NCBI GenBank assembly: GCA_042216675.1
Contig: JBDGTS010000026.1
Span: 1 to 20,770 of the forward strand
Length of the DNA stretch: 20,770 bases
From: Halobacteriaceae archaeon
GTDB taxonomy: Archaea > Halobacteriota > Halobacteria > Halobacteriales > Halobacteriaceae
Reading direction: 5' to 3'
Below are positions 1-11,110 of this stretch, piece by piece. Under the pieces are notes generated by a model. It saw nothing but the letters and a program-made list of their open reading frames with translations. It was not told the origin of the DNA and ran no database searches. Every line of letters begins with the position of its first letter. The first letter of the stretch is position 1. Made by a program: the position numbers and the translations under genes.

Positions 1-936
1 GCCGAAGATGTTGAACACGACGGCGTCGACGTTCTCGTCGGAGAACACCATGTCCAGCGCGTTCGCCACGCGGTCGGCCTTCGCGCCGCCGCCGATGTCG
101 AGGAAGTTGGCGGGTTCGCCGCCGAAGTGGTCCACGAGGTCCAGCGTCGCCATCACGAGGCCGGCGCCGTTGCCGATGATGCCGACGTTGCCGTCCAGGC
201 GCACGTAGTCGAAGTCGTACTCGGCGGCCTTGCGCTCGAGGTCGTCCTCGTAGGCCTCCTCCTCCATCTCCGCGAGCTCCGGCTGGCGGAACAGCGCGTC
301 GTCGTCGATGTTGAGGACGGCGTCGGCGGCGATGACCTCGTCGTCCGCGGTGACCATCAGGGGGTTGATTTCGGCGTCGCTGGCGTCGCGGGCGTCCCAC
401 AGTTCGTAGAGCGTCTGGAGGATGCTCGCCACGTCGCGGGCGACGGACTGGTCGACGCCCGCCTCGTACACGACCTTGCGGGCCTGATAGGGGTGCATGC
501 CGAATGCGGGGTCGACGTGCTCCCGCGCGATGGCCTCGGGGTCCTCCTCGGCGACTTCCTCGATGTTGACGCCGCCGCGCGTGGAGACCATGGCGACGGG
601 TTCGCCCTCGCCGCGGTCCATCGTGACGCCGACGTACAGTTCGTTCACGAAGTCGACGGCGCCCTCGACGAGAACGGACTCGACGGTGTAGCCCTTGAGG
701 TCCATCCCGAGGATGGCCTCGGCGGCCGCGCGGGCCTCGTCGGCGTCCTCGACCAACTCGATGCCGCCGGCCTTGCCCCGGCCGCCGACGTGTACCTGTG
801 CCTTCACCGCGACCGGATAGCCGATGTCGTCGGCCTGTTCGACGACTTCGTCCGCTGTCGTCGCCAGCGCCGACGGCGGCGTCGGAATGCCCGCTTCGGC
901 GAAGACGTTCTTCGCCTGATACTCGTGGAGTTTCAT
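1..936 (-). CDS. sucC: Succinate--CoA ligase (ADP-forming) beta subunit, 3' end outside window
   Basis: Not in ORF track. The reverse strand from CAT at 934-936 reads MKLHEYQAKNVF..., contains KAQVHVGGRGKAGG, EINPL, GNGAGLVM and PANFLDIGGGA, and runs off the window at VFNIFG. Confidence 0.96.
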   Translation of the reverse strand, partial: MKLHEYQAKNVFAEAGIPTPPSALATTADEVVEQADDIGYPVAVKAQVHVGGRGKAGGIELVEDADEARAAAEAILGMDLKGYTVESVLVEGAVDFVNELYVGVTMDRGEGEPVAMVSTRGGVNIEEVAEEDPEAIAREHVDPAFGMHPYQARKVVYEAGVDQSVARDVASILQTLYELWDARDASDAEINPLMVTADDEVIAADAVLNIDDDALFRQPELAEMEEEAYEDDLERKAAEYDFDYVRLDGNVGIIGNGAGLVMATLDLVDHFGGEPANFLDIGGGAKADRVANALDMVFSDENVDAVVFNIFG

Positions 937-1010
937 TGCCTACTCCGACGGAAACCCGCCCCGTCAAAATACCCCACGGTTCGTCCATCTATAACGGTCG
1001 ATACCCGGGT

Positions 1011-1682
1011 TTACAGCCAGTCACGGCTCGTCTCCGGGGCGTCCGCGATGACGGCGTCCACGCCGCGTCTCGCGAGGAGCCACGCCATGAGACGGGAGCG
1101 GACGGTCCACGCCGCCACGGACAGGCCGAAAGCGTGCGCGCGAGAGACGATTCGCGAGCGCAGACAGAGGCTCGCGTCGGGATGGACGGCCGTGCAGCCG
1201 AGTTCGCGAGCGGTTCGGACGCTCTCGCGAGGCCCGTCGGCGGTGAGATACGCCCGCGGTACGCTCGGGTCGGCCTCGCGCGCCGTCCGCAACGCCGCCG
1301 CGTCGAACGAGGAGACGACCACGTCGTTGCCCGCCGCGGCCGCCAGCGCCAGCGCATCGGCCGCCACTCCGCGCTCTTTCAGTTCGAGGACGAGGCCCAC
1401 GTCGTCGGGCACGGCGTCGAGGACGGCCGCGAGGCGGGGCACGCCCTCGTCGCTTCCGAACACCGAGAGGGCGTCGAGTTCCGCCGCCGTCAGGTCGGCG
1501 ACGCGACCGTTGTCCTCGGTCACGCGGTCCACCGTGTCGTCGTGGCACACGACCACGTCGTCGGCACAGCGCCGCACGTCCACCTCCACGCAGTCTGCCG
1601 TCTCCGCGGCCGCGCGCACCGCCGACACGGTGTTCTCGGCGTTCCGGTCGGCGTACCCCCGGTGGGCTATCTCCCGGACCAT
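1011..1682 (-). CDS. Glycerophosphodiester phosphodiesterase (GDPD/UgpQ family)
   Basis: IAHRG..ENT, EVDV, HD, ELK and WTV motifs; 223 aa. Confidence 0.92.
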   Translation of the reverse strand: MVREIAHRGYADRNAENTVSAVRAAAETADCVEVDVRRCADDVVVCHDDTVDRVTEDNGRVADLTAAELDALSVFGSDEGVPRLAAVLDAVPDDVGLVLELKERGVAADALALAAAAGNDVVVSSFDAAALRTAREADPSVPRAYLTADGPRESVRTARELGCTAVHPDASLCLRSRIVSRAHAFGLSVAAWTVRSRLMAWLLARRGVDAVIADAPETSRDWL

Positions 1683-1704
1683 GGCCCGCCTTCACCCCGG
1701 GGGG

Positions 1705-1714
1705 CTTTATTTCG
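1705..1714. promoter_or_regulatory. Shared bidirectional TATA-like element between divergent GDPD and quinone reductase genes
   Basis: CTTTATTTCG is the only AT-rich patch in a 53-bp gap. Its centre (1709) is 27 nt from both start codons (1682 and 1736). Confidence 0.65.
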
Positions 1715-1735
1715 TCCCCCTGCGAACGACCGCCC

Positions 1736-2692
1736 ATGCGCGCAGTCCGCTACCACGAACACGGCGGGCCGGGGGTCCTCCGCGTCGACGAGATTCCGAC
1801 GCCCGACCCCGGCCACGGCGAGATTCGCGTCGCAGTCGAGGCCGCGTCGGTCAACCCGGTGGACACGTACTTCCGCGAGGGCGCCTACGTCCCGCCGGAA
1901 CTGCCGATGGTTCCCGGGTCCGACTTCGCGGGCGTCGTCGACGAGGTCGGCCCCGGCGTCACGCGGTTCGAGGTGGGCGACCGGGTCTTCGGCACGAACC
2001 TCGGCAACGACCGGCAGGGCACCTACGCCGCGGAGATCGTCGCACCGGCGAACCGCGCGGCACACCTCCCCGACGGCGTCGCGTTCAGCGAGGGCGCGGC
2101 GGTCGCGCTGGTCGGCGCGACGGCGTGGCGTGCCCTCGTCTCGCACGCGAACCTCGACCCCGCGGAGACGGTCCTCGTCCACGGCGGCAACGGCGGGGTC
2201 GGCCACGTCGCGGTCCAACTGGCCGCCTCGTCGGGCGCCCGCGTCGTGACGACGGCCCGGCCGACGTACCACGACCGACTCGCCGCCATCGGCGCGGACC
2301 ACGTCGTCGACTACCGCGTCGACGGCCTCGCGGACGCCCTCCGGGCCGCCGGTCCGCCGGACGTGATTCTCGACCACCGCCTCGACGACTACCTCTCGCT
2401 GGACGCCGAGGTCGGAACCCGTGGCTGTCGCGTCGTCGGCATCGGCAACACCGAGGCGGCGGCCGGATTCAACGACGTGGCCGGCGCCCGAGCGCGGGAG
2501 CTGTCGCTCGACCTGATAAGCGTGTTCAACACGCCCGACGTGCCAGCCGTCCTCGACCGCATCGGTGACCTCGTGGCCGCGGGCGACGTGGTGCCGGAAG
2601 TGTCTGACCTGTACGAGTTAGAGGAGGCCGCGGCGGCCCAGCGAGCGGTCGCCGAGGACAGCTTCTTCGGCAAACTCGTCGTCGAGCCGTAA
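1736..2692 (+). CDS. qor: NADPH:quinone reductase (MDR/zeta-crystallin family)
   Basis: SVNPVD, PGSDFAG, GDRV and GGNGGVG nucleotide-binding motif, C-terminal GKLVV; no Zn ligands. Confidence 0.9.
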   Translation: MRAVRYHEHGGPGVLRVDEIPTPDPGHGEIRVAVEAASVNPVDTYFREGAYVPPELPMVPGSDFAGVVDEVGPGVTRFEVGDRVFGTNLGNDRQGTYAAEIVAPANRAAHLPDGVAFSEGAAVALVGATAWRALVSHANLDPAETVLVHGGNGGVGHVAVQLAASSGARVVTTARPTYHDRLAAIGADHVVDYRVDGLADALRAAGPPDVILDHRLDDYLSLDAEVGTRGCRVVGIGNTEAAAGFNDVAGARARELSLDLISVFNTPDVPAVLDRIGDLVAAGDVVPEVSDLYELEEAAAAQRAVAEDSFFGKLVVEP

Positions 2693-2750
2693 CCGGAACG
2701 CGTGTTCCGTCTTCGAAGGCGTTATTGTCGCTTCTGACTCTTCGTGAGCC

Positions 2751-4652
2751 ATGAGTCGGGAGGGGACGCTGGACCGCTTCGAGACGTACCGGGACCGGGT
2801 GGAGTGGCCGCTGTGGCGACTGTTCGAGACGTACGGCCGCGACCGCTTCGGCGTCTTCGTCCTCGGCCTCTTGCTCTCGGTGCTGGAGCGGGGCCTCTCT
2901 CTTCTCCCGCCGTATCTGCTCGGCGTGGCCATCGACGCCGTCATCACAGACGACCAGCCCTACACCCTCCCGCTGGTGCCCGACGGCTGGATTCCCGGCG
3001 GGGACGTGGGTCAGTTCTGGTTCTCCGTCGTCCTCATCGGCGCTGCGTTCCTCTCCTCGGCCGTCCTGCTGGCGGCCCGCCAACTGTCGCTGGACTACTA
3101 CTCCCACCGGCTGATGCACGACGTGCGGACGGCCACCTACGAGCGCCTCCAGCAACTCGACATGGCCGTCTTCGACGCCGAGGAGACGGGGGAACTGATG
3201 AGCGTCCTCAACAACGACGTGTCGAACTTCGAGCGGTTCTTCGACGATGCCCTCGGACAGGCGGTGCGTATCGCCGCCGTTCTGCTCGGCGTCGTCGTCA
3301 TCCTGTTCTCGCTGAACCCCCAACTGGCGACGGTGACGCTGTTCGTCGTCCCGTTCCTGACGCTGTTCACGATGTGGTTCATGCGACGCGTCGAACCCGC
3401 CTACGACGCCATCCGCTCCTCCGTCGGCACGCTGAACACCCGCCTCGAGAACAACCTCGGGGGCATCCACCTCATCAAGAGCGCCGCCACCGAGAGCCAC
3501 GAGAACGAACGCGTCGATGAGGCCTCGTGGGAGTACTTCTCGACGAACTGGCACCGAATCAAGCTGGAGATGCTGTACTACCCCGGGATGCGCGTCATCT
3601 CGAACGGCTCGTTCTGGGTGACGTTCCTCGTCGGCGGCTACTGGGTGTCGACCGGACAGGCGCCGCTGTTTCTCACCGGCGACCTGAGCGTCGGCGCGTT
3701 CGTCACGTTCCTGTTCATGAGCCAGCGGTTCACCGGGCCGCTCCGGCGCATCAGCACGGTCATCAACCACTACGAGAACGCGCGGGCCTCCGGGAAGCGC
3801 GTGTTCGCCCTGCTGGACATGCCCGTCCGCGTGCAGGAGGCCGACGACCCGGTGGAACTCGACGGCGTCGAGGGGCACGTCGAGTACGACGACGTGTCTT
3901 TCGGGTACGACGACGAACCGGTCCTGCAGAACCTGAACTTCGACGCCGACCCCGGAGAGACGGTGGCGCTCGTCGGCCCGACGGGCGCGGGCAAGTCCAC
4001 GGTGATGAAACTCCTCTTGCGCTTCTACGACGCCGACGAGGGCGCGGTGCGCGTCGACGGCCACGACGTGACGGACCTCTCGCTTCACAGCCTGCGCCGC
4101 CACGTCGGCTACGTCGGGCAGGAGGCGTTCCTCTTCGGTGGCACCATCCGCGAGAACGTCGCCTACGGCACCTTCGACGCGAGCGACGAGGAGATTCGGG
4201 AGGCCGCGAAGGTGGCGGAAGCCCACGACTTCATTCAGGACCTGCCCGAGGGCTACGACACCGAAGTCGGTGAGCGCGGCGTGAAACTCTCGGGCGGCCA
4301 GCGCCAGCGCATCTCCATCGCTCGCGTCGTCCTCTCGGACCCGGACATCCTCGTCCTCGACGAGGCCACCTCCGACGTGGACACGGAGACGGAGGTCCTC
4401 ATCAAGCGCGGGTTGGACCGCGTCTCCGAGGACCGGACGACGTTCACCATCGCCCACCGCCTCTCGACGGTGCGGGACGCCGACCAGATTCTCGTCCTCG
4501 AAGACGGCGAAATCGTCGAGCGGGGGACCCACGAGGAACTGTTGGACGAGGACGGCCTGTACGCGAACCTCTGGAGCGTGCAGGTGGGCAACATCGAGGA
4601 ACTGCCCGAGGAGTTCCTCGAACGGGTCGCACGGCGGCACAGCGGGACCTGA
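2751..4652 (+). CDS. ABC exporter half-transporter (TMD+NBD, MsbA/MdlB-like)
   Basis: N-terminal hydrophobic helices, Walker A GPTGAGKST, signature LSGGQRQR, Walker B ILVLDEATS and H-loop IAHRLS. GTTATT at 2721-2726 is a TATA-like box. Confidence 0.95.
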   Translation: MSREGTLDRFETYRDRVEWPLWRLFETYGRDRFGVFVLGLLLSVLERGLSLLPPYLLGVAIDAVITDDQPYTLPLVPDGWIPGGDVGQFWFSVVLIGAAFLSSAVLLAARQLSLDYYSHRLMHDVRTATYERLQQLDMAVFDAEETGELMSVLNNDVSNFERFFDDALGQAVRIAAVLLGVVVILFSLNPQLATVTLFVVPFLTLFTMWFMRRVEPAYDAIRSSVGTLNTRLENNLGGIHLIKSAATESHENERVDEASWEYFSTNWHRIKLEMLYYPGMRVISNGSFWVTFLVGGYWVSTGQAPLFLTGDLSVGAFVTFLFMSQRFTGPLRRISTVINHYENARASGKRVFALLDMPVRVQEADDPVELDGVEGHVEYDDVSFGYDDEPVLQNLNFDADPGETVALVGPTGAGKSTVMKLLLRFYDADEGAVRVDGHDVTDLSLHSLRRHVGYVGQEAFLFGGTIRENVAYGTFDASDEEIREAAKVAEAHDFIQDLPEGYDTEVGERGVKLSGGQRQRISIARVVLSDPDILVLDEATSDVDTETEVLIKRGLDRVSEDRTTFTIAHRLSTVRDADQILVLEDGEIVERGTHEELLDEDGLYANLWSVQVGNIEELPEEFLERVARRHSGT

Positions 4653-4725
4653 ACCGTCGGTTTCGGTTCCGGCGGGGGCCGCGGCGGCCACACAGCATTT
4701 CAGGCGGCCGCGCGGACAGTCGGCC

Positions 4726-6036
4726 ATGTCCGAACGCGAATCGTGGGCGACCAGAATCGGCTTCATCCTCGCCGCCGTCGGGAGTGCCGTCGGCCTCGGG
4801 AACGTGTGGCGGTTCCCGTACGTCACCGCGGAGAACGGCGGCGCCGCGTTCCTCGTCGTCTACCTGCTGGCGGTGCTGGTCGTCGGCCTGCCGGCGATGC
4901 TCGCGGAGTTCAGCATCGGCCGGCGGGGCCAGCGCAACATCGTGGACGTGTACGAACGGGTCGGCCACCCGACGTGGCGGTTCGCCGGCGCTCTCGGCGT
5001 TCTCACCGGCTTCTGGATTCTCTCGTACTACTCCGTCGTCGGGGGGTGGGTGCTTCGCTACATCTTCGGGAGCGCCACCGGCGCCTACTTCGGCGACCCC
5101 GGCGGGTACTTCACCGCCGTCTCGGCGGGCCCGGAGGCCGTTCTCTTTCACTTCCTGTTCATGGCCGTCACCGTCGGCATCGTCGCCTTCGGCATCGAAC
5201 AGGGCATCGAGTGGAGCGCGAAACTGATGGTCCCCTCCATCGTCCTGCTGATGGTAATTCTCGCCGTCTGGGCGGCGACGCTCGGCGGCGCGAGCGCGGG
5301 TTACGACTTCTATCTCAGCCCGGACGTGAGCACCATCGTGGACAACATCGGCACGGTGGCACCCGCTGCCGTCGGACAGGCGCTGTTCTCGCTCTCGCTC
5401 GGGATGGGTGTGATGGTGACGTACGCCTCCTACCTCGGGCGCGACGACAATCTGGGCTTCGACGGCCTCTCCATCGCGCTTCTCAACACGTTCGTCGGGG
5501 TCCTCGCCGGCTTCGTCGTCTTCCCCCTGCTGGCCGCGCAGGGCGTCGAGTACGGTGACGCCGGCGCCGGCGCCATCTTCATCAGCATGGCGACGGCGTT
5601 CCAGCAGGTCCCCTTCGGGCGCCTCGTCGGCGTCATCTTCTTCGCCATCGTGGGGCTGGCGGCGCTCTCGTCGGCGATCAGTCTGCTGGAGGTCGTCGTC
5701 TCCTACTTCGTCGACAACACCGCGCACCCGCGGCGCCTGGTGACGGCCGCCATCGGCGGCGTCATCTTCCTCCTCGGCATCCCCTCGGCGTGGAGCAACG
5801 CGACGCTCGGGCAGTTCGACACCGTCGCGAGCAACGTCTTGCTCCCGTTGGGCACCGCCCTCGTCGTCATCTTCGTCGGCTGGGTGTACGCCGCGGACGC
5901 TCTCGACGAGATTCGGCAGGGCACCGACGGCGCCGAGCGACTCGGACCGGCGTGGCTGTGGCTCGTCCGCACGGTGGTGCTGTTCGCCGTCGTCGCCACG
6001 TTGGCCCTGCGGTTGGCCTCGTTCGTCGGACTCTGA
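4726..6036 (+). CDS. Sodium-dependent transporter, NSS/SNF (LeuT-like) family
   Basis: RESWATRIGFILAAVGSAVGLGNVWRFPY, NGGAAF and QALFSLSLG motifs. Confidence 0.95.
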   Translation: MSERESWATRIGFILAAVGSAVGLGNVWRFPYVTAENGGAAFLVVYLLAVLVVGLPAMLAEFSIGRRGQRNIVDVYERVGHPTWRFAGALGVLTGFWILSYYSVVGGWVLRYIFGSATGAYFGDPGGYFTAVSAGPEAVLFHFLFMAVTVGIVAFGIEQGIEWSAKLMVPSIVLLMVILAVWAATLGGASAGYDFYLSPDVSTIVDNIGTVAPAAVGQALFSLSLGMGVMVTYASYLGRDDNLGFDGLSIALLNTFVGVLAGFVVFPLLAAQGVEYGDAGAGAIFISMATAFQQVPFGRLVGVIFFAIVGLAALSSAISLLEVVVSYFVDNTAHPRRLVTAAIGGVIFLLGIPSAWSNATLGQFDTVASNVLLPLGTALVVIFVGWVYAADALDEIRQGTDGAERLGPAWLWLVRTVVLFAVVATLALRLASFVGL

Positions 6037-6085
6037 GGGTCCCTCGGAATCCTTTTGAGTACGGTGGCTGATTGTCCGTGCAACG

Positions 6086-7636
6086 ATGACGATGGAGGAC
6101 CGCATCGAGGACCTCCGGGAGCGCCGCCGGGAGGCACTCAAGGGCGGCGGCGAGGAGCGCATCGAGCGACAGCACGAGAAGGGGAAGATGACCGCGCGCG
6201 AGCGCATCGACTACTTCCTCGACGACGGCACGTTCCACGAGTTCGACCAACTCCGCACGCACCGGAACCACAATTTCGGGATGGAGGAGTGCCAGATTCC
6301 CGGGGACGGCGTCGTCACCGGCTACGGCGACGTGGACGGCCGGAAGGTGTTCGTCTTCGCGCACGACTTCACCGTGTTCGGCGGGTCGCTCGGGGAAGTC
6401 CTCGCGGAGAAGGTGACGAAGGTGATGGACACGGCGATGGAAGTCGGCGCGCCCATCATCGGTCTGAACGACTCCGCGGGCGCCCGGATTCAGGAGGGCG
6501 TCGACGCGCTGGCGGGCTTCACGGAGATCTTCCACCGCAACCAACAGGCCAGCGGCGTCGTGCCCCAGATTTCGGCCATCATGGGGCCGTGCGCTGGCGG
6601 GGCCGTCTACTCCCCCTCCATCACGGACTTCATCTTCATGGTGCAGGACACCAGCCACATGTACATCACCGGCCCCGGCGTCACGAAGACGGTGACCGGT
6701 GAGGACGTGACCCACGAGGAACTCGGGGGCGCGATGACCCACGCCTCGAAGACGGGCATCGCGGACGTGGCCGCGGAGGACGAGGAGGCCGCTCTCGACG
6801 GCATCCGGCGCCTGCTCTCCTACCTGCCACAGAACAACGTCGAGGACCCGCCGCGCGTGGACCCGTGGGACGACCCGGAGCGCCGCGACGAATCGCTCGA
6901 AACGGTCGTCCCCGACAGCCCACAACAGCCCTACGACATGACGGACGTGGTGGGCGGCGTCGTGGACGAGGGGTCGTTCTTCGAGGTGGGGGGAAACTTC
7001 GCCAAGAACCTCGTCGTCGGCTTCGCGCGCCTCGACGGGCGCTCGGTGGGCGTCGTCGCGAACCAACCGCGGGTCAACGCCGGCACCCTCACCGTCGACT
7101 CCTCGCTGAAGGGCTCTCGCTTCGTCCGCTTCTGTGACTCGTTTAACATCCCCATCGTGACGTTCGTCGACGTGCCCGGCTACATGCCCGGTACCGAGCA
7201 GGAACACCGGGGAATCATCCGTCACGGCGCGAAACTGCTCTACGCGTACTCGGAGGCGACGGTGCCCCTGCTGACGGTCATCACGCGGAAGGCCTACGGC
7301 GGCGCGTACTGCGTCATGGCGTCGAAACATCTCGGCGCGGACGTGAACTACGCGTGGCCCACCGCCGAAATCGCGGTGATGGGGCCACAGGGCGCAGTCA
7401 ACCTCCTCTACAGCGACGAACTGGAGGCCGCCGACGACCCCGACGAACTTCGGGACCAACTCATCGAGGAGTACCGCGAGGAGTTCGCCAACCCGTACAC
7501 GGCGGCCGACCGGGGCTTCCTCGACGACGTCATCGAACCGACGGAGACGCGCCCCCGCCTCATCGACGACTTGGAGATGCTGTCGAGCAAGCGCGTGGAC
7601 GGGCCGGACAAGAAACACGGCAACATCCCGCTATGA
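6086..7636 (+). CDS. pccB: Propionyl/acyl-CoA carboxylase carboxyltransferase subunit
   Basis: [38 protein letters not shown] and C-terminal KKHGNIPL. Confidence 0.96.
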   Translation: MTMEDRIEDLRERRREALKGGGEERIERQHEKGKMTARERIDYFLDDGTFHEFDQLRTHRNHNFGMEECQIPGDGVVTGYGDVDGRKVFVFAHDFTVFGGSLGEVLAEKVTKVMDTAMEVGAPIIGLNDSAGARIQEGVDALAGFTEIFHRNQQASGVVPQISAIMGPCAGGAVYSPSITDFIFMVQDTSHMYITGPGVTKTVTGEDVTHEELGGAMTHASKTGIADVAAEDEEAALDGIRRLLSYLPQNNVEDPPRVDPWDDPERRDESLETVVPDSPQQPYDMTDVVGGVVDEGSFFEVGGNFAKNLVVGFARLDGRSVGVVANQPRVNAGTLTVDSSLKGSRFVRFCDSFNIPIVTFVDVPGYMPGTEQEHRGIIRHGAKLLYAYSEATVPLLTVITRKAYGGAYCVMASKHLGADVNYAWPTAEIAVMGPQGAVNLLYSDELEAADDPDELRDQLIEEYREEFANPYTAADRGFLDDVIEPTETRPRLIDDLEMLSSKRVDGPDKKHGNIPL

Positions 7637-7884
7637 CTGACCTCCACGTCCCCGACACCGCCACCGACGAGGAGGCGGCCGCCATCGCCGCCGCCGTCGG
7701 TGCGCATCTGCAGGCCGAACGCGCCGCCGCGGCCGCCACGGCGGGCGAGGGTGCCGAGTCGTGGGACGGCGAGCGCTGGCGCTTCGCGGGACGCGTCGCC
7801 GCGACTGACGGTCGGTCGGCCAGAGTTCCCGAGGGGGCGCCGACGGACGCGTGGACGGCCGCGGGCCGCGCGGACCGCTTTTGA
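7633..7884 (+). CDS. pccX: Small acyl-CoA carboxylase subunit (PccX / epsilon-like), 83 aa
   Basis: ATG at 7633 overlaps the pccB stop (ATGA). [22 protein letters not shown]...W...W.FAGR...[12 protein letters not shown] fits haloarchaeal PccX. The track's start at 7354 is spurious. Confidence 0.88.
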   Translation: MTDLHVPDTATDEEAAAIAAAVGAHLQAERAAAAATAGEGAESWDGERWRFAGRVAATDGRSARVPEGAPTDAWTAAGRADRF

Positions 7885-7929
7885 AGGGCGACCGATAGAG
7901 TCAGGTATCTCCCTGTCAGAGACGCCCGT

Positions 7930-9708
7930 ATGTTTCACAAGGTTCTCGTCGCCAACCGGGGCGAGATCGCGGTTCGCGTGATGCGGGCCTGTGAGGAGTT
8001 GGGGGTGAACACCGTCGCCGTGTACAGCGACGCGGACAAGCAGGCGGGGCACGTCCGCTACGCCGACGAGGCCTACAACGTCGGGCCGGCGCGGTCCGCC
8101 GACTCCTATCTCGACGGCGAGGCCATCATCGACGCCGCAAAGCGGGCCGGCGCCGAGGCCATCCACCCGGGCTACGGCTTCCTCGCGGAGAACGCCGACT
8201 TCGCCCGCCGCGTCGAGGACTCGCCCATCACATGGATCGGCCCGCCCAGCGACGCGATGGAGACGCTGGGGGAGAAGACGAAGGCGCGCACGCTGATGCA
8301 GGAGGCCGACGTGCCCGTCGTCCCCGGGACCACCGACCCCGTCGAGAGTCCGGAGGCGGTGCGCGAACTCGGCGAGGAGTTCGGCTATCCCATCGCCATC
8401 AAGGCCGAGGGCGGAGGCGGCGGCCGCGGCTTGAAGGTCGTCCGCGAACCCGAGTCCGTCGAGGAGGCCTTCGAGAGCGCCAAGCGCGAGGGCGAGGCGT
8501 ACTTCGACGACCCCTCCGTCTACGTCGAGAAGTACCTCGCTGACCCGCGCCACATCGAGGTTCAGATTCTCGCCGACCACCACGGCAACGTCCGCCACCT
8601 CGGAGAGCGCGACTGCTCGCTCCAGCGTCGCCACCAGAAGGTCATCGAGGAGGGTCCCAGCCCCGCCCTCGACGCCGCCACGCGCTCTGAAATCGGGGCC
8701 GCGGCGCGCCGGGGCATCGCCGCGGCCGACTACGCCAACGCGGCCACCGTGGAGTTCCTCGTCGAGGACGGCGAGTTCTACTTCATGGAGGTGAACACCC
8801 GGATCCAGGTCGAGCACACCGTCACGGAGATGCTGACAGGCATCGACATCGTGAAGTGGCAACTTCGCATCGCCGCCGGCGACGAACTCGCCTTCGACCA
8901 AGGGGACGTGAGCCTCACCGGGCACGCGATGGAGTTCCGCATCAACGCCGAACACGCCGCCGACGACTTCCAACCGGTCGTCGGCGGCTCCCTCGACACG
9001 TACGACCCGCCGGGCGGCATCGGCGTGCGCGTCGACGACGCCCTCCGGCAGGGCGACGAACTCGTGACCGACTACGACTCGATGGTGGCGAAACTCATCG
9101 TCCACGGGAGCGACCGAGACGAGTGCGTCGCGCGCGCCGACAGGGCCCTCCGAGAGTACGACGTGGAGGGCGTGACGACCATCATCCCGTTCCACCGCCT
9201 GATGCTCACCGACGAGACGTTCCTCGCCGGGGAGCACTCGACGAAGTATCTCGACCAGAAACTCGACCCGACGCGCATCGCGGAGGCCGTCGAGCGGTGG
9301 GGCACGGGCGGCCGCCCCGAGGCCGAGGAGGCGGACACCGTCGAACGCACCTTCACCGTCGAAGTCGACGGGAAGCGCTTCGAGGTGGACGTAGAGGAAC
9401 ACGACCCGCCGGGGGTCACGGCCGCGACCGAACCGTCGCCCGCCGAACCCCCCGCACGGGCCGGCGGCGAGGAGACGGCCGCGAGCGGCGAGGGCGGCGA
9501 GGAGATCACCGCCGAGATGCAGGGCACCATCCTCTCCGTCGACGTCGAGGAGGGCGACGAGGTGGCCGCCGGCGACGTGGTCTGTGTGCTGGAAGCGATG
9601 AAGATGGAGAACGACGTGGTGTCGTCCCGCGGCGGCACCGTCTCCCGCATCGCCACGTCCGAGGGCGAGAGCGTCGACATGGGCGACCTGCTGGTGGTGT
9701 TGGAGTAG
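7930..9708 (+). CDS. pccA: Biotin carboxylase / biotin carboxyl carrier fusion subunit
   Basis: [49 protein letters not shown] and biotinylation motif EAMKM. Confidence 0.96.
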   Translation: MFHKVLVANRGEIAVRVMRACEELGVNTVAVYSDADKQAGHVRYADEAYNVGPARSADSYLDGEAIIDAAKRAGAEAIHPGYGFLAENADFARRVEDSPITWIGPPSDAMETLGEKTKARTLMQEADVPVVPGTTDPVESPEAVRELGEEFGYPIAIKAEGGGGGRGLKVVREPESVEEAFESAKREGEAYFDDPSVYVEKYLADPRHIEVQILADHHGNVRHLGERDCSLQRRHQKVIEEGPSPALDAATRSEIGAAARRGIAAADYANAATVEFLVEDGEFYFMEVNTRIQVEHTVTEMLTGIDIVKWQLRIAAGDELAFDQGDVSLTGHAMEFRINAEHAADDFQPVVGGSLDTYDPPGGIGVRVDDALRQGDELVTDYDSMVAKLIVHGSDRDECVARADRALREYDVEGVTTIIPFHRLMLTDETFLAGEHSTKYLDQKLDPTRIAEAVERWGTGGRPEAEEADTVERTFTVEVDGKRFEVDVEEHDPPGVTAATEPSPAEPPARAGGEETAASGEGGEEITAEMQGTILSVDVEEGDEVAAGDVVCVLEAMKMENDVVSSRGGTVSRIATSEGESVDMGDLLVVLE

Positions 9709-10629
9709 ATGTCCGAGACGCGGCGCGCGGTCCTCGCGGCCCTCGCGGACGGCCCCGTGCCCGGTCCGAAACTCGCGGACCGACTCGGCATCTCGCGGGC
9801 CGCCGTCTGGAAACACGTCGAGGCGCTCCGGGACGCGGGCTTCAGCGTCGAGAGCGGCGACGAGGGGTACGAAATCACCGACGTGCCCGACTACGGCGCT
9901 CTCGCCGTCGAGTACGGTCTCGACGCGCCGTTCAGCGTCGAGTACCACGAGGCCCTCGACAGCACGAACGAACGGGCGCGGGAACTGGCCGCCGATGGCG
10001 AGACGGACGTGGTGGTCCTCGCCGACAGACAAACCGCGGGTCGGGGGCGCCTCGACCGCGAGTGGGCGTCGCCGACCGGCGGCGTCTGGATGAGCGTCCT
10101 CGTGCGCCCGGCCCTGCCCGCGCCGCGGGTGCCCGTCCTGACCCTCGCCGCGGCCGTCGCCGTCACCGAGGCCGTCCGCGAGTTGGGCGTCGACGCGGGC
10201 ATCAAGTGGCCCAACGACGTCCTCCTCGACGGCGAGAAACTGGCCGGCGTCCTCACGGAGATGGAGGGCGAGGCCGACCGCGTCTCGTGGGTCGTCCTCG
10301 GAATCGGCCTGAACGCGAACGTCGACGCCGCGTCGCTCCCCGAGGGAGCGACGAGTCTACAGGCCGCCGTCGGAGAGGTGGACCGGCGCGCACTCGTTCG
10401 GCGCATCCTCGACGCCTTCGACGACGTGCGCGACGACCCGGACCGCGCCCTCGAGTTGTGGCGTGAGTACGCCGATACCCTCGGTCGCCGGGTGCGCGTC
10501 GACACGCCCTCGGGCGCAATCGAGGGGGAGGCGGTGGACGTGACCGACGCCGGTGCGCTCGTCGTCGACACCGATGACGGCCGCGAGACGGTCCACGCCG
10601 GCGACTGCGAACACCTCAGGCCGACGTGA
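9709..10629 (+). CDS. birA: Biotin--protein ligase with N-terminal HTH
   Basis: LGISRAAVWKHVEALR HTH, STN, QTAGRGR, KWPND and KLAGVL; abuts the pccA stop. Confidence 0.95.
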   Translation: MSETRRAVLAALADGPVPGPKLADRLGISRAAVWKHVEALRDAGFSVESGDEGYEITDVPDYGALAVEYGLDAPFSVEYHEALDSTNERARELAADGETDVVVLADRQTAGRGRLDREWASPTGGVWMSVLVRPALPAPRVPVLTLAAAVAVTEAVRELGVDAGIKWPNDVLLDGEKLAGVLTEMEGEADRVSWVVLGIGLNANVDAASLPEGATSLQAAVGEVDRRALVRRILDAFDDVRDDPDRALELWREYADTLGRRVRVDTPSGAIEGEAVDVTDAGALVVDTDDGRETVHAGDCEHLRPT

Positions 10630-11053
10630 GACCGACGGTGAGAACGGGGACGCTGGACGCGCGCACCACCTTCTCAGCGACGCTCCCCAGAAGCAGTCTG
10701 TCGATGCCGCCGCGGCCGTGGGTCCCCATCACGATGACGTCGCAGTCCTCACGCTCCGCGTAGCGCACGATTTCTTGCGCCGGTGACCCCTCCACGACGG
10801 CCGTCTCGACGGCGATGCCTCGGTCCTCACCGCGGCGTTCGACGTCCTCCAGCGCGGACCCGCCCTCGCGGTACAGCATGTCGCTGACCCCCTCCCACGT
10901 CGCCTCCATCGAGATGCCGGCGGCGCTCGCGGCGTCGACGACGTACACCGCGTGGACCTCGGCGTCGTGGACCGTCGCGAGGTCGAACGCGTGGGCGATG
11001 GCGTCGTCGCTGGCCGCCGACCCGTCCGTCGGGACGAGAATCCGTTCGTACAT
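10616..11053 (-). CDS. Universal stress protein (UspA family)
   Basis: MYERILVPTDGS and VMGTHGRGG...LLGSVAEKVVR; 14-nt convergent overlap with birA. Confidence 0.95.
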   Translation of the reverse strand: MYERILVPTDGSAASDDAIAHAFDLATVHDAEVHAVYVVDAASAAGISMEATWEGVSDMLYREGGSALEDVERRGEDRGIAVETAVVEGSPAQEIVRYAEREDCDVIVMGTHGRGGIDRLLLGSVAEKVVRASSVPVLTVGLTSA

Positions 11054-11110
11054 CGGTCCCGTGTGTCACGCTTGGCGACCGGCGCGTATAGTCCTTCCTC
11101 CGCGCCGCGG

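Noticed and set aside
127-2568. 813-aa + strand ORF and other long overlapping ORFs (2526-4826, 4444-6207, 5867-7618, 7408-10032, 12094-13911, 17288-18442)
   Set aside because: Antisense or off-frame shadows of real genes, caused by high GC3 and stop-codon scarcity. They are Arg/Gly/Pro-rich with no motifs.
2695-2718. Short dyads GGAAC-GCGT-GTTCC and CTTCGAAG upstream of the ABC gene; similar GAACCG..CGGTTC at 4651-4669
   Set aside because: Arms of 4-6 bp are expected by chance, so operator or terminator function cannot be supported.
6086-10629. pccB-pccX-pccA-birA with a small extra subunit as a novel system
   Set aside because: The PccABX complex is already described in haloarchaea.
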